Positions 49,666-62,054 of a stretch of 64,000 nucleotides of DNA are shown here, piece after piece; position 1 is the first letter of the stretch; the number at the start of each line of letters is the position of its first letter. Where the stretch lies: assembly GCA_964199315.1 (NCBI GenBank), contig OZ116706.1:4340001-4404000 (forward strand). The letters run 5' to 3'. The notes below the pieces were generated by a model, which was not told where the DNA came from, did not search any database, and worked only from the letters and a program-made list of their open reading frames with translations. The stretch is from Orbicella franksi (lineage: Eukaryota). Both the position numbers and the translations under genes were made by a program.

Positions 49666-50395
49666 CTTTGATCGCAATTGCAAGTTGAGCTGCGAAAGCC
49701 TAATTCGGACAGGGCTATGGCTGTCCCACCCTGGAAAGAACGATAAATGTTTGTAATGTCCAAATAAATTTGAAAAATATTAATAAAAAAGCGCCCTTGG
49801 AGGAATTACAAACGTTTCGGGCACAGCACTTTAATGCTGATGAAGGGCTGTACTCCAAGCGTTTGTGAAGTTTAACTTTCTCAAAAGGACACATTTCACT
49901 ACTTTTCTCTTCAGTCAATTTTGCAAATTAATATTCGCGTTTTAAAGTGTCACGCATCAACAAGAGAGAATGACTTCCTTTATCCAAAGTTTCCATGCAT
50001 AAATATTTCCACTATCAATACATGAAAGCGTTAATGATAAGTGGAAGTATACATTTTACGTCATGCCTCCAATATAGGCTTACAATAGTAAACTTAAATG
50101 ACCATGGAGAACTGGATAACTCAATTTTTGATCTCAATCTTGGCCCTTGTCAGGGAGTGAATATAAGACAAGCTCTACAAACCAGGGTCAAATAATTGGA
50201 AGATTTTTTAACATCCGAGATTCAGAGGCATGTTATCAGTGAAGGGCTTTATTTTTTTGGACGCTATTTGCGGAATTTAGCCGGGTGGCTTCTGTCCCGA
50301 ACACGTGTCTACTCACGTTTTCTCGATTAGAGCTTGCGGTCCAAATGTCGTGACAACAAGCGTGACTGGAAGTGACTTTACCTAAAACTCTCCTG

Positions 50396-50425
50396 ATTGG
50401 TCTAAATTGAGATACGTCAGCCAAT
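50396..50425. promoter_or_regulatory. Inverted CCAAT-box pair about 300 bp upstream of the nuclear receptor start codon
   Basis: ATTGG at 50396-50400 and CCAAT at 50421-50425 within a CpG-rich region. Confidence 0.35.
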
Positions 50426-50722
50426 CATAGTACGCGATAGTAATGAACATTGATAGCCTTTGTCCCCGTGATGACCTTCAAGCGCAGTGAAAGGTAAAAG
50501 CGTGTTCTATGTACAACGAAAGGCCAAGGACGCCTGCTTACACATGTGACTGAAAGTAACCCACAAGCCGATCGTTCGTCAGCAATTCTATGTTTGGCCG
50601 GCTACCTCTTCGCTCGGACTGTTTCCATAAAATCGTTCTCGATCGTTGTTGTGGAATAGAGCGAAAGTGAATCTTGGCGGGAATTTCTGTCTTTAGTTCG
50701 AATTTCAGCGCGGTGGTGAACT

Positions 50723-53700
50723 ATGACCGGTAAGTATAGCGCGACCATAATCAGCGAGGAATTTTCATTTCTGTTTCTTGTACGTCGTTGTGATACATTT
50801 GTATACCTCTTTTGTTATTTTAGAACTCATGTGCGTATTTGTGGCGTAACCGAAAAATATTCCTGAAAGCTTCGTGCTACACGCAATGTGTTTGTTGGTC
50901 ACTGGAGTGCCGGCAGTGCTATTTCCTTAATTATTTTCACACCAGTTTGAACTGTTTCACGACTTGAAAACGTTAATAATGCAACGGTTGAAAACGCTGA
51001 ACTCAGTGAATTTTTCTTAGTGAATTTCGCTGATTTAATTATAAAGATTGAATGAAGGATTGGCATTGATCTGTCGTGCTTTCATCCATCACGCTCGCAG
51101 GACAAAAATGTATTGTAAATCACGTTTTGTTTTTTAATCTATAGAGTCTTTCAGAAGCGACTTTTTTCGACGTAGTCCAGTGCTTTCACCCTCGGCTTTA
51201 AAACCAGTATGGGGAGATTGCCTTGTTTGTGGAGATCGTGGTACCGGAAAACATTACGGCATTGTGGCTTGTGAGGGCTGCAAGGGCTTTTTCAAGAGGA
51301 GCGTGAGGAAAAATTTAAACTACTCTTGTCAAGGAAATGAAGCTTGCCCAGTTGATAAAATCCACAGAAATAGATGTCAAAGATGTCGACTGAACAAATG
51401 TCTGACCATGGGCATGAAAAAAGAAGGTAACTGAATAAGCCTAAATAAAATACAATAACATTTCCTACTTTGAAACGTAAAAATTTTGTTCAGTCACCCC
51501 AGACATCATCCATCTTCAACATTGACAGGGCGAGAAAACTTCGAAGTATTATGTCACTTCGGGCGGCGTCCATATGAAAATTTTTATTTTATTTTGTTGC
51601 GAATAGGAAATATAAAACGAATAGACATTGTCTTGTGCCTCAACGTTAGCGCTAACCTTCCGAAAACGAAGCAGAAGCTAAGTAGTTGTTACCGCAACCT
51701 ACTTCAGAATTGGCGTTTAAGGGTGAAAATTTCAAGTTGTGGGTTCGACAATTAGCTTTGGACTTCCTTAAGTAAATCTTAACTACAGAGTTAAATAATC
51801 ACGCTAAATGTAAATTTCAGATTTTGCAGCTCGCGCGCGTCTTTGGCAAGAAATCAAGTCTCTTGTGAACGTGTTCCCACCCGTTTGCGTGAGTTTTTTT
51901 TTGTTGTGTTTTTTGTTGCTGTTGACATGAAAAAGAGTAGCTAGCCAAAATACCACTACTTAGAAAGAGGGGGAAAACAGTTTATAAGTGGGTTTACTTT
52001 TTGTTTGGATGGTACAATCTTTCCATGCACATCGGGTTTCGTTTTAAAGCCACTTTTGACTTTGAGCCCTTTGGTCGAAATATTTGCATAATCACGTGTT
52101 AATTCACGATTTTGAGGACTTGTTCACGTGTTAAGCGTTGCGTGAATGTTTCTGCCAATCGTGCGCGCGCGGGGTCACGATTTTGAGTGTCCTAACAAAA
52201 CATTGTCGGTATTTGCATAATAAAGCATTTTAGTGTTGCTAAACTCTGGGAGCTGATCTGGGAGCTGATCAAAACAACATCAGGTTATGGTGATTTATGT
52301 ACCATATTATAGAACTTATAGTAGTACTTTTGTTCAGTATTGCTGCAGAATTTTTGTTGCATAGTGATTTCAATCAAACTTTGAAACTCTGGGGGTGAAA
52401 GGATTACATAACAGTCACATGTATTACACAAATACAGAGAAATTTGTTCACATGTTGCATGTGTTTTTCTGCCCTAGGCAAGGGTGACAATATCTACAAA
52501 CACGTGGAAGTAAGACATAAATGCTTCTGTGAAAAAGAAAAATTAAATCAAATAAATAAATAATAACAAAATAACTACTATTGAAGAAAGTGAGATCTGG
52601 TGTTCAATTTATATAATTGCATGTTATTGTATGCTATAAATCTTTACAAAATTTATTAGGCTTCACGAAGTGGCAAACATACCAGGCTGAAGTCTCAAAA
52701 GAACTGGTCAGCTCAGGAGTTTTTAAGCATTTTCACCTTGAGATCCACTTGGCTGTTTACAAGTGTTTAGTACATAGCATGACATAACAGAGTTAATGCT
52801 TGTCTTGAGAGACCATGATTATGGTTGGCTTGTAGGGCAATACTGGATCTTACATAACACGAGTAATGACAAACAAAAACATTCTCAACACGTGCTGTTA
52901 ATTTGAACAGTTGATGAACAACAAAAACACTTAACATGTGCTGTCAACTTGAATGATTGAGGAACTGTGCGATATATCCAAATGTATACAGAAAGGCATA
53001 AAATATGTGAAAGAATCAATTATATAACCATGTTTATGGTTATATAATGTCAGGGAATATGATCTGTGATATACACTTGAATATGTTGAAGATAAACTCC
53101 TTTACCATGGGATAAGCTCAAAATATCCTTGATTATTTTTAAATAGATTGCAATTTCTTTAAAATTCTCTTGAATGTCCGAGGGCTTATATTTTTCCAAG
53201 CATCTCTTTTTGTTGAGGGTTATTTTAACATGGACTGAATCATTCAGAAGGGATTTTGTGTCTTGGGAACAAATTTATGTGCATACAGGTGTTGTGCATG
53301 TAATGTAGCAAAATTCTCCACACATACTGAGTCTCTGAGCTTACTGTAAGTGCCTGAATTTAGTAAGACACTAGTTCTCAAATAGGGGCTTAATTATTAT
53401 CAGGGGCTCACTATTTCTCTTTGGAAAAGGGGCTTATTCAGAATATTTTTAACTGGGCCTCAGTGGGCTTATACTCTGTATGTTCTGGCCTTTTTCGGAG
53501 GGGGAGGGGGTCTCAAGGCTTCTTTTCAGGGATGGCTTATAAATTATCAGAACTATATTGGTGCCTAGGAAATCTTTGATCTCAGGAACTCATGATGAGG
53601 AACTGGCATTGTGATGAGTCTTGGATTTTACCATCTGTTACTCCTGGGGGATTTATTTTGTGTGGCAACCGAAGACTAAGTCATTTGGATTTGAGATCAA

Positions 53701-56123
53701 AATGCTATCCATTGGTTCAGGTACCCATGCCTGGTTGCCATGTTCTATTTTTTAGTGAAGAAAAAACATGTAGCCTGGAGGAGGAATATTTCTGTTCCCC
53801 CCTTAGATGGGATGCTAGTGCGTTGTAGGGTTACCCCCTAGCATTAAGTTTGCTGGTACTTTTTTTATAATATTATACCTGGGTGGAGAGAGGCCCTGTG
53901 AGAGTAAAATGTCTTGCCCCATTAGAACACTATTCAATGTACCTAGCCACACCTTGAACCCAGACTGCTCAAACTGAAGATGAGTTTACTAACCATGAGG
54001 CCACTGCTGTTCTATTAGTACTACACATTATCTTAACATCTTGTCATCTGTTTCGGTCTTTATAGCTGTGCAGTGTGAAAGGAAGCCTATTACTAAACGT
54101 ATGGACGATGGCACAAATGAAAACCAACCAAGAACTGCAAGCCTTTCTCCCAGTCAGCATCGTTCTGTTTATCCAGGTCACCAGGAAAAGCCAGAAATTC
54201 AACCTCTCTCCCCCAGCAGTAGTTCATCACCAAACTCTTCTCAGATATCACTACCCACATTTCTTCCTTCAGAGCAGTACGATTGCATCATAAGCTCTGA
54301 ACATCTTCAATTTAAACTTAACACTCCAACCCTTGGTGTTTCTTCATTATCAATGGAATATGTTTATGAAATTGCTACTCGCCTTCTGTTCCTTACAGTG
54401 GACTGGACACGGAGCATCCAGGCCTTTCGCAGTCTGGAAAATACTGATCAACTTGTTCTGCTGCAAAGTACTTGGTCAGATCTTTTCATGTTGGGAGTTG
54501 CACAATGCTCTAGTTCTTTCCCCTTGTCGCCATTGTTGACACTTGCCGCGGTTCACATGGAACGCAGTGAATGTAGTGAAGATCGCAAATCACCAGTGTT
54601 GCCCAAAGAACCAAGCATGCTTGAGAAAATTATGAGTGTTAAGGACTTGTTGTTCAGCCTTGAGAAACTTGAGTTAGATTCTGTGGAGTACGCATTCCTC
54701 AAGGCAATTGTACTGTTCAATTCAGGTATGTTTAGTCTACTTTAAATATCATTTTACAGTAGGCTACCAGCAGTTGTTCATTTTCTTTGTCCATTTACCA
54801 GGAATTGAGAAAGAAGTGAGTGACAGGACAGAACATGGTGTATTTTTGTCTTTTTTGTTCTTGCACCTTTGTTCCTTCTTACTTAGTGCTCCAAGTCTGG
54901 TGTAAAAGTAACCAATTTCTGTTTAGGGGCAGCTTGGCTGAGTAATTCATGGTGCCTTTCTTGTAAACGAGTTTGCTGTTGTTGTCCTGGCTTGAACTCC
55001 TCAGTCATGTTTAGACAATAGCTGCATCTTCTTCCTCCTACCAACTGGGATCTAATCATGTTTCATGGTGTAAACAGCCCTTGAAAAGTCCTTGAAGATG
55101 AAAAATTTAAGTTTTCTCCAACGTCTATGAACATATGAGACTACAGGATAAATAGCCATATTGATGTGGATATTCAAACTTTTAAATCAAAGATTAAAGA
55201 CATTTTAAGTCGCAATTTAATATTATTATTACTGTATGTGGAGCTGTTTTGATGAAGTCTAGAGTATTCAATACTCTGTGCCTTTGCCTGTCTCAACAAT
55301 CGTAAGTTGTGATTCAGAGGGGAAACAAGTCCTTTAAAAATCTTTGAATAGTCCTGGAAGATAGACGTCTGGCATCTGTATGGAACGTATGTTTAATTGT
55401 AATACTTGCTCCATCTGTTTGAGTAGCATGTGTGGAATTAGTCTAGCTATACACTCTTTATTTTTTGTGAGAATATTGTTTTTCCGACCAAGGCTGAATT
55501 TTCTTATTTTTCTGCCGATTTTAGGCTGAATATATTCTTGTGAATATTCTTATACTGCAGCGTATGGCATTTCCGTTTTCGAAGCGATACTTAAGTGTCT
55601 GGATGGTGTAAGTGTAATTTTGGAGCCAGCCTGCAGGCATTAGAGCATCGAACATACGGCTAGTGCTGTTTTTGTTGCTCTTTGGCTATTTTTGCCGTTT
55701 AGAGAAAGAAGGATTTTATACGGTTTTCAACGCTAAAACAAATATTGACAATACAAAGAGTTGTTGACAACTTGTGACAGACTGAGACAAGCTGGCTAAT
55801 TGTAAGTTCAGCTAAATTATACTTGCGTTATTAACATGCATTGTAATCTTTTTGTCCATCTTGTTTGTGTAGATTGTCCCAGTCTGAAGAACCCTAAGCA
55901 GGTTGAAAGGCTTCAAGAAAAGGCTCACTGCGCTCTCAAGCATTACGTTGAAAAACAGCACCCCTGCAGCCCCGAACGATTTGCCAAGATACTTCTTCGG
56001 CTCCCCGCAACCCGAATGTTGACTCAGCGAGCTGCTGAGGAATTGTTCTTTTCTCCTTTGATTGGAACTGTCAGGATTGAGAGTATAATGAACAACATTA
56101 TTTCTAACTCGTTGACATTTTAA
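50723..56123 (+). CDS. NR2C2: TR2/TR4-like orphan nuclear receptor (NR2C), 399 aa
   Basis: Exons 50723-50729 (ATG ACC G|GTAAGT), 51145-51426 (C4 zinc fingers, P-box CEGCKG, HRNRCQ), 54066-54725 (AVQCERKP, the TR2/4-type T-box; LQFKL...[19 protein letters not shown]...[12 protein letters not shown]), 55873-56123 ([11 protein letters not shown]...[17 protein letters not shown]). Sum 1200 nt. Likely co-orthologous to NR2C1 and NR2C2. Confidence 0.92.
53700..54007 (-). mobile_element. tRNA-derived SINE in nuclear receptor intron 2
   Basis: Minus-strand head GCAGTGGCCTCATGGTTAGT (A-box-like) ... GGGTTCAAG (B-box-like), followed by a body with CACCCAGGTATA and CATCCCATCTAAGGGGGG. Confidence 0.55.
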
Positions 56124-56311
56124 TGTGGAAGTATTCGGTAAAATTGAGGGCAACAGAGACTTGCCATTTTGTTGTCCTGTACCCTTTTCTTTTCAAAACC
56201 TCGTATAACCTCACAAATTCTGCTAGTATATGAGCCATTTGGTGGTGGTCTTCAGATTGACAAGAACAGTGAATCAAAAGCCCGTCTGGTATACATGTAA
56301 CTGAATGTACT

Positions 56312-56812
56312 TCACTCTTTTCTTTATAAGAATTTATCTTATAACAATATCGAGGCTGAAATATGCGAATTTTAAGCCGACTATTTTAAAAATAAACCCG
56401 ATACTGAGGTTTTAAAAAGAATTTAATTTTTGCGTGTTAAAAATTTGTAAATACAATACAATTATACGTCTTAAACTAACCCGTGTACAATTTTTCCTTT
56501 CTCTAAATGGCAAAACTAGCCAAAAACCAACAAACTCAGCACTAGCTTTATGCTCGATGCTAATAACATTTCTGCAAGAAATTGCGTGTCATATCAGGCG
56601 TTATTGGCTGCAGTCTGGCTCCAAAATTACTTCAACGCCATCAAAGTCATGATAGGACAGATAATCTGACATTTTGTCGGCAAAGTCCGCTATGGTTTCC
56701 TGTAACTAATGTAAGAATATTCACAAGAATAATTTCAGCCTAAAATCGACAGAATATAAAGATATTCAACCTGGGCCGGAAAGACAATATTCTTACAAAG
56801 AAAAAGAGTGTA
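56312..56812. mobile_element. MITE with CACTCTTTT...AAAAGAGTG ends; a partial inverted copy lies at 55450-55553
   Basis: Ends CACTCTTTTCTTTATAAGAAT / ATTCTTACAAAGAAAAAGAGTG; 56710-56812 is the reverse complement of 55450-55553. Confidence 0.55.
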
Positions 56813-56846
56813 ATCGAGAATTTCATGGCCACGAAACAGCTAGATA

Positions 56847-57017
56847 CAGTAAATCCTGATTTCTCGAACCTCTCGATACGCCTCTCGAACCAAAATTAAA
56901 TTTGTTTCCGTCTCCTCAGTCGAACACTGTAATTTTAACCCTGATTTCTCGAACTACCCGATTTTTTCAAACCAATTTCCGTTTCCCTTGGAGGTTGGAA
57001 TAAGCGGGATTTCACTA
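56847..57017. mobile_element. Short pogo/Tigger-like MITE
   Basis: CAGTAAATCCTGATTTCTCGAACC / GGTTGGAATAAGCGGGATTTCACTA with TA flanks. Confidence 0.45.
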
Positions 57018-59119
57018 TACTCACAAATATATCGTCAAACGATTTTTTAAAAGAAACTGTGACATTTTGGTGCAAGCCAACTTTATAATTAAAAAAACAC
57101 TACATTTTATTTTCTCCTAAACCGCAATAAGTGAAGATGCACAGAGGTATCCGGTCAGTTTTACCCCAACACTATAAGCCCTTAGCCTGTTAGCCCTCTT
57201 ACAGAAGTCGATTAGCTCCCAAATAAGAGTTTCCTTTTAAGCTAAATTATGCTTTCTGTACAGATGCCACAACGAACAGCCGAGCACACGAATTCAGAAC
57301 ATACCGCCCAGTCATCACAACAGAACCACAATCAAGGTACATAAAATTGACCAACACAAATTACCTTTCAATATTACGCCCTCGATAATAGTGGCCACCT
57401 TTGTCGTATTGGCGAGAATAATTTACTGAGTTTAAATATGGTTTAAAGTAAAGGACAAGTGGTATTTGACGACCAATCGAGTCGGGTTGGGGGCTAATAG
57501 TCTTTTCTTGAGGGTTAACTGGCTTATCGACTTGGGTGCGAAACGACCTACATTCTGTGCAGGAGAAGCTGTTTTAATGACCTTAAACAGAATCGTCTCT
57601 CTCTAACTGTATTCCGCACTTGAAGTTTTCAATATTTTGCTAGTGCAAAGTAAATCAAAGGGAATTTGGCAAATATGAAGTGGAGTTAAACTTCATGAGT
57701 TTCTCCAGTCGCAAATCGCAGCATTCGTAAACCATAGCTCGTGATGAACGCCCGACAAGAGTGGACGGTGAACTATTCCATGTTGTGTACACTGCAGCAA
57801 TCTAAATAGCTCAACAGCTTCTAGTTTTTGACTCGCGGAAAAGATTGTCATAACATGAATCTAACTGCTGCCAGTAAAGTCTTATATCAAAAGTCACAAT
57901 ATATTAAAAGAGCCCATGGTTATCTCCCAAGATGGTTGGCTTCCTGATAAAATCAGGGTAGACTGTTTTATAGCAAAGGAAGTAACACTTGAATGATAAA
58001 ATATTATTCATATTTATTGAATAGAAATAAACATTATTTAGACAATTGTTAAGTAAGGTTATAATAATAGCTGTATTTACTGGAGCCAAGCTATTGTAAT
58101 GTATATAATGTACTATAAAGCTAACAAAATATAATACTTCTTGGCACGATCCTACGAGAATTCTTGGCTTTTGAAGCCTTCAGGAAATAAGACAGTGTAA
58201 TCATATGCGTTTGTAACTAAATTTGTAACAAGGCTTAAAATGTTTAAGACTAACAAAGTCTAAAGTCTTTAAACATTTTTAGCCTTGTTTGAAAATTTTG
58301 TTGTAAATATGAAACGAATTTCATGGGCATCTGCGTTTGTGTCGTCTATATATGTAGGTGAATTTGATAGATTTTCTGTCTTGATATTCAGGTGCTCTTG
58401 AAATTTTTTGAGCGTGTGTTTGAAGGGTCTTGAAAGAATTACTTCTGACGGAGATTAAGAGTGCTTTGCAATTCTGCCAAGTACTTCGAACACTGAATCT
58501 TGTCAGTTATGTACAAATAAAAGGCTAAAACAGTGCACAACCGAGCAGAACACACGCCCCGCTCACACCCTTCTCCCTCCCGCTGAAGAAAGCAGAAATA
58601 CAAGGGTTCCATTACGCATTAGTGCGTGAGTGCGAAATATAATTTTCCAGGAATTAAACATACATATATTTTCCAAAAGTGATCATTTGTTGCTTGCTAA
58701 TACATTCCTTGGTGAATTCTGACGAAGATCAGGTAACAAACTGAGTTGTTTTTCCTCGTCACAAGGGTCCCCGTTCCAAATTTTGGCCGCGCGGAAACTG
58801 AAGCGGAACTTTATGAATTGCGTGACAAGGACTAAAAACCACAAAATAAGGGGAAATGAAAAACCGGTAAAATGCGGCAACCAGTATCTGGTTGCCGCTT
58901 TGGGTATAAGCTGTTCTTTTTAAACAGTTGCACAGTGTGAACGACTGATGTGTGAGTCTAATATGGATATAAACGGTTCTTTTGAAACTGCAATTTAACT
59001 CACGCTCCTCCTCTCCGCTCTGATGGTCACGCAATTTCCGCGTATTCGATTCCCTACGTCACCAGTCCAGGAGTGCCGCATTTCGAAATTCTGCCTGCCT
59101 TGCTGAAGGTAACTGAAAG

Positions 59120-59914
59120 ATGGATCCAAGCAGCTTTGAAAATATCAGGCGTGCCGTGAAGGAGCGAAACTTCAAGAACGAGAAGTTAGACGCGTTGAAG
59201 TCGACCCTCGCCTGTTCTTATGGAAATCTATCTGCCGAGCAAGTCGCTCAACTTCTTCCCGAGTTTTCCTTTGATGATGACAAAGAAAAAGCTGTCGAGG
59301 TTTGTGCTCCGCGGATGTACAGCATGACATGCGAGCAAGCGGCGACCATATTGCGAGGTTTCTCGTTCGATAAATCGAAAATAAAAGCCTTGGAAGTTAT
59401 TGCTTACCATATCACTGACAATAACTTGGGCGCTTTGGATAGCGCGCTCAGGTTTGCAAGGGACAGGAATCGAGCCAGAGAAATACTGATGAATCGATCG
59501 CAACCAGGACCAGGGGTTTACCCGGGTGCTGGACCTCCGCCCGGGGGTTTCCCTGGGATGGTTCCCCAAGCCGGAGGTTACCCCTCACCAGCACCGTATC
59601 CAGGACCGTCACCTTACCCGGGACAAAGCCCTTATCCTGGAGCAGGACCATACGGGGGGATGTGTCCTCCAGGACAGCCCCCCTATGCACCAGCAGGCCA
59701 AGGGATGGCCCCGCCACAGTATCCTACTGGTACAGTGCCACCTCCCACAAGTCAGTTTCCTGGTGGTGCTATGGGTGCAATGCAGGGGATGATGGATGCT
59801 ACAGCTGGTGCAATGATGAAGGGAATGAGTGATATGTTTGGACCTGCCCCACATCAGGGCCAGCACTATCCACCACAAGGGGGATACTATCCACCGCCAG
59901 GAGGTTATCCCTAG
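59120..59914 (+). CDS. Intronless DUF4476-type (PROSER1 N-terminus-like) protein with Pro/Gly/Tyr-rich low-complexity tail, 264 aa
   Basis: N-terminal ~125 aa has two helical repeats (LSAEQVAQLLPEFSFDDDKEKAVE / MTCEQAATILRGFSFDKSKIKALE) that resemble the PROSER1 DUF4476 region; the C-terminal half is YPGx/PPxY-rich. Good start context (AAGATGG). Confidence 0.82.
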   Translation: MDPSSFENIRRAVKERNFKNEKLDALKSTLACSYGNLSAEQVAQLLPEFSFDDDKEKAVEVCAPRMYSMTCEQAATILRGFSFDKSKIKALEVIAYHITDNNLGALDSALRFARDRNRAREILMNRSQPGPGVYPGAGPPPGGFPGMVPQAGGYPSPAPYPGPSPYPGQSPYPGAGPYGGMCPPGQPPYAPAGQGMAPPQYPTGTVPPPTSQFPGGAMGAMQGMMDATAGAMMKGMSDMFGPAPHQGQHYPPQGGYYPPPGGYP

Positions 59915-60138
59915 TCGGGGTATCCATATCAACCCCTAAATAGCTTACTGCTTTTGATGAGGAATATTCTACACATCATTATTTGTAGTTTAGAGTTCAT
60001 GAAGAATCACTACAGTTTACTATGAATCTTAACATGATTTGGAACTGACTAGGAGTAGATAGATAGATAATCTTTATTTCAACATGGTTAAAAATTTGTC
60101 AGCTAAATAAAACTACTAATAGCTGAGTAGCCCTATTA

Positions 60139-60305
60139 AGGGACTGCAGAGACCATTTTAAGTGGAAGGACTAAAAAATTTGGGCAAGCATTAGGGTTCT
60201 GCCATTTATCATGTATCTACATGTCATCATATCTGCAACCTCGATATAACAAAAAACTGGGAGGGCTTAAGCCCTACCAGCCCTGGTCCCCCTCTGTGGT
60301 CCCTG
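60139..60305. mobile_element. Short MITE-like element
   Basis: Imperfect inverted ends AGGGACTGCAGAG / CTCTGTGGTCCCTG. Confidence 0.4.
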
Positions 60306-62054
60306 CTTTTGTGGTGATTTCCTTGCAAAATGGGACACTTGAAAAAAATGCTAAGAATAAATAAGTCATATAATTTTGTATAAACCATTATGTTAGAAAC
60401 AGGCAAAAAATGTAAAATAATATTTCCTGATCAGAGAATAAAAAAATGGATTTTAAAAACTTGTTTGCATTTATGGTTGTGGCATTCAAATCAAACAGTC
60501 AAGAGGCAAAAAGTGTTCACTTTCCCTGCTAGTCTCAACTTTCCCTTGCCTCAACCCAGTACCCCTTTGAGGATAGATGACTCCATGAATTAATTCATAT
60601 AAATAAACATAATTTGAGCATAGTAGTCATTATAATACAGCAGTTTATAAGCCATAATGGTGTTTGAGTCTCATGTGAATAATAATAAATATGGTGTCTT
60701 AAACCTGTGCCCAAGGGTAAATCATATTTTAGACTCACTGGGTAATAGTTAGAGCCTTTTCAAACCAAGTTTCCGCAGAGAATAGGCCACAGGAACTTAC
60801 TGTAAGGTTGGACCTTAGCTTTTCACTAGCAGCCCCATTTTTGTGGAACCAACTTGCCAGATGAACTTACATTAAAAATGTCTCTAAATGCTTTTTAATT
60901 AAGCTATTTTTAACATGCTTTTAATCTAATATAAGTTTTATTTTGATTTATATGTCTAGCTACGTTAATCTATGCGAAACAGGTTTTACTAGTTTAAAAA
61001 ATTATCAGTATTTTTGTATGGACAGAGTTTTGGTAAAACACAGTTTGATCATTTAAATGAAATTGGTTTTTTTTTTTTTTTTTTTTGCTCTATAAATTTA
61101 TATTGTTAAATTGTTATTATACAGCCATTTAAATTTTCGAATAGCATAATTTCTGGCATGTCCCAAATGTAAATTGACATGTAGCTATCGGCTGGAGCCC
61201 ATAGGGATATAGACACTCTTTTATAAAAATACCCAATGTCATGATGATACTTGATTTGTTCCAAACTGAGTTTCATCGCACCTAGCCAATCAGAATGCAT
61301 CTACAAGCGTCACATAAAGATTAATAACAATTGTTGTAAGGCATGACAAATCGAATAAATTCACTTCTAGGGTAAAAAAAATAATCAATAAAAAATACTT
61401 GATTTTTGCTCCATTTCATAAAAAGAAAGATGTGTTAGATCATGCATAAGTTGTTTCAGAAACATATCACCTAGACTAGGTGATATTCTTCTGGTTGTTT
61501 ATCTTTTCCTTTTATACCAATCATGTACACATTGCGGATCTATATTTTTTTGGGAGAGGCCAGGCTGCTAAATAGATTAGGTCCCAGTTTTCTACGGTTC
61601 CACAAGCGGGGTCGACAACTAAAATGGCGGACGGTTTGTGTATATACTGGCTAGTCGACTCGACTAGCTGTTAAATATTGGATTGAATGATATCGCAACA
61701 ATTTCTGTCGACAAGGGTAGAGGTAAAAGTGTATGATAAATAGTTTCGTTATGCATAGTTGCAATATACGACCCCTACATTTGAGTAGACAACCCTGAAA
61801 GTTTATAAAGCGTCCTATAACTAAATGCATGTCTTATAGGAAGTAATAGTAGCAATAATTATTATTTAAGCTTAGCTTAAATAATATTGCTACTCTAACT
61901 TGTACATGTAGCCCATTCATGTTAAAAGCTTAAGCTGAAATCTTATTGATAAGTGATTATTTTAAGCTTAGCTGCCTCATCGGCAAGGAAAAAACAACTA
62001 CGTGGAAACGACTTTTTTTTTTCAGTGACAGCCATGATTTGATAACTTGGTAAG

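Noticed and set aside
49800-49870. CTGATGAAGGGCTGT motif with an inverted GCCCGAAACGTT half
   Set aside because: The GAAA of the plus-strand copy has decayed (CCAAG) and the minus copy lacks the core; inactive PLE-end relic at best.
50470-50500. TGACCT half-site in the NR2C promoter as an autoregulatory element
   Set aside because: Single half-site with no proper direct repeat; expected by chance.
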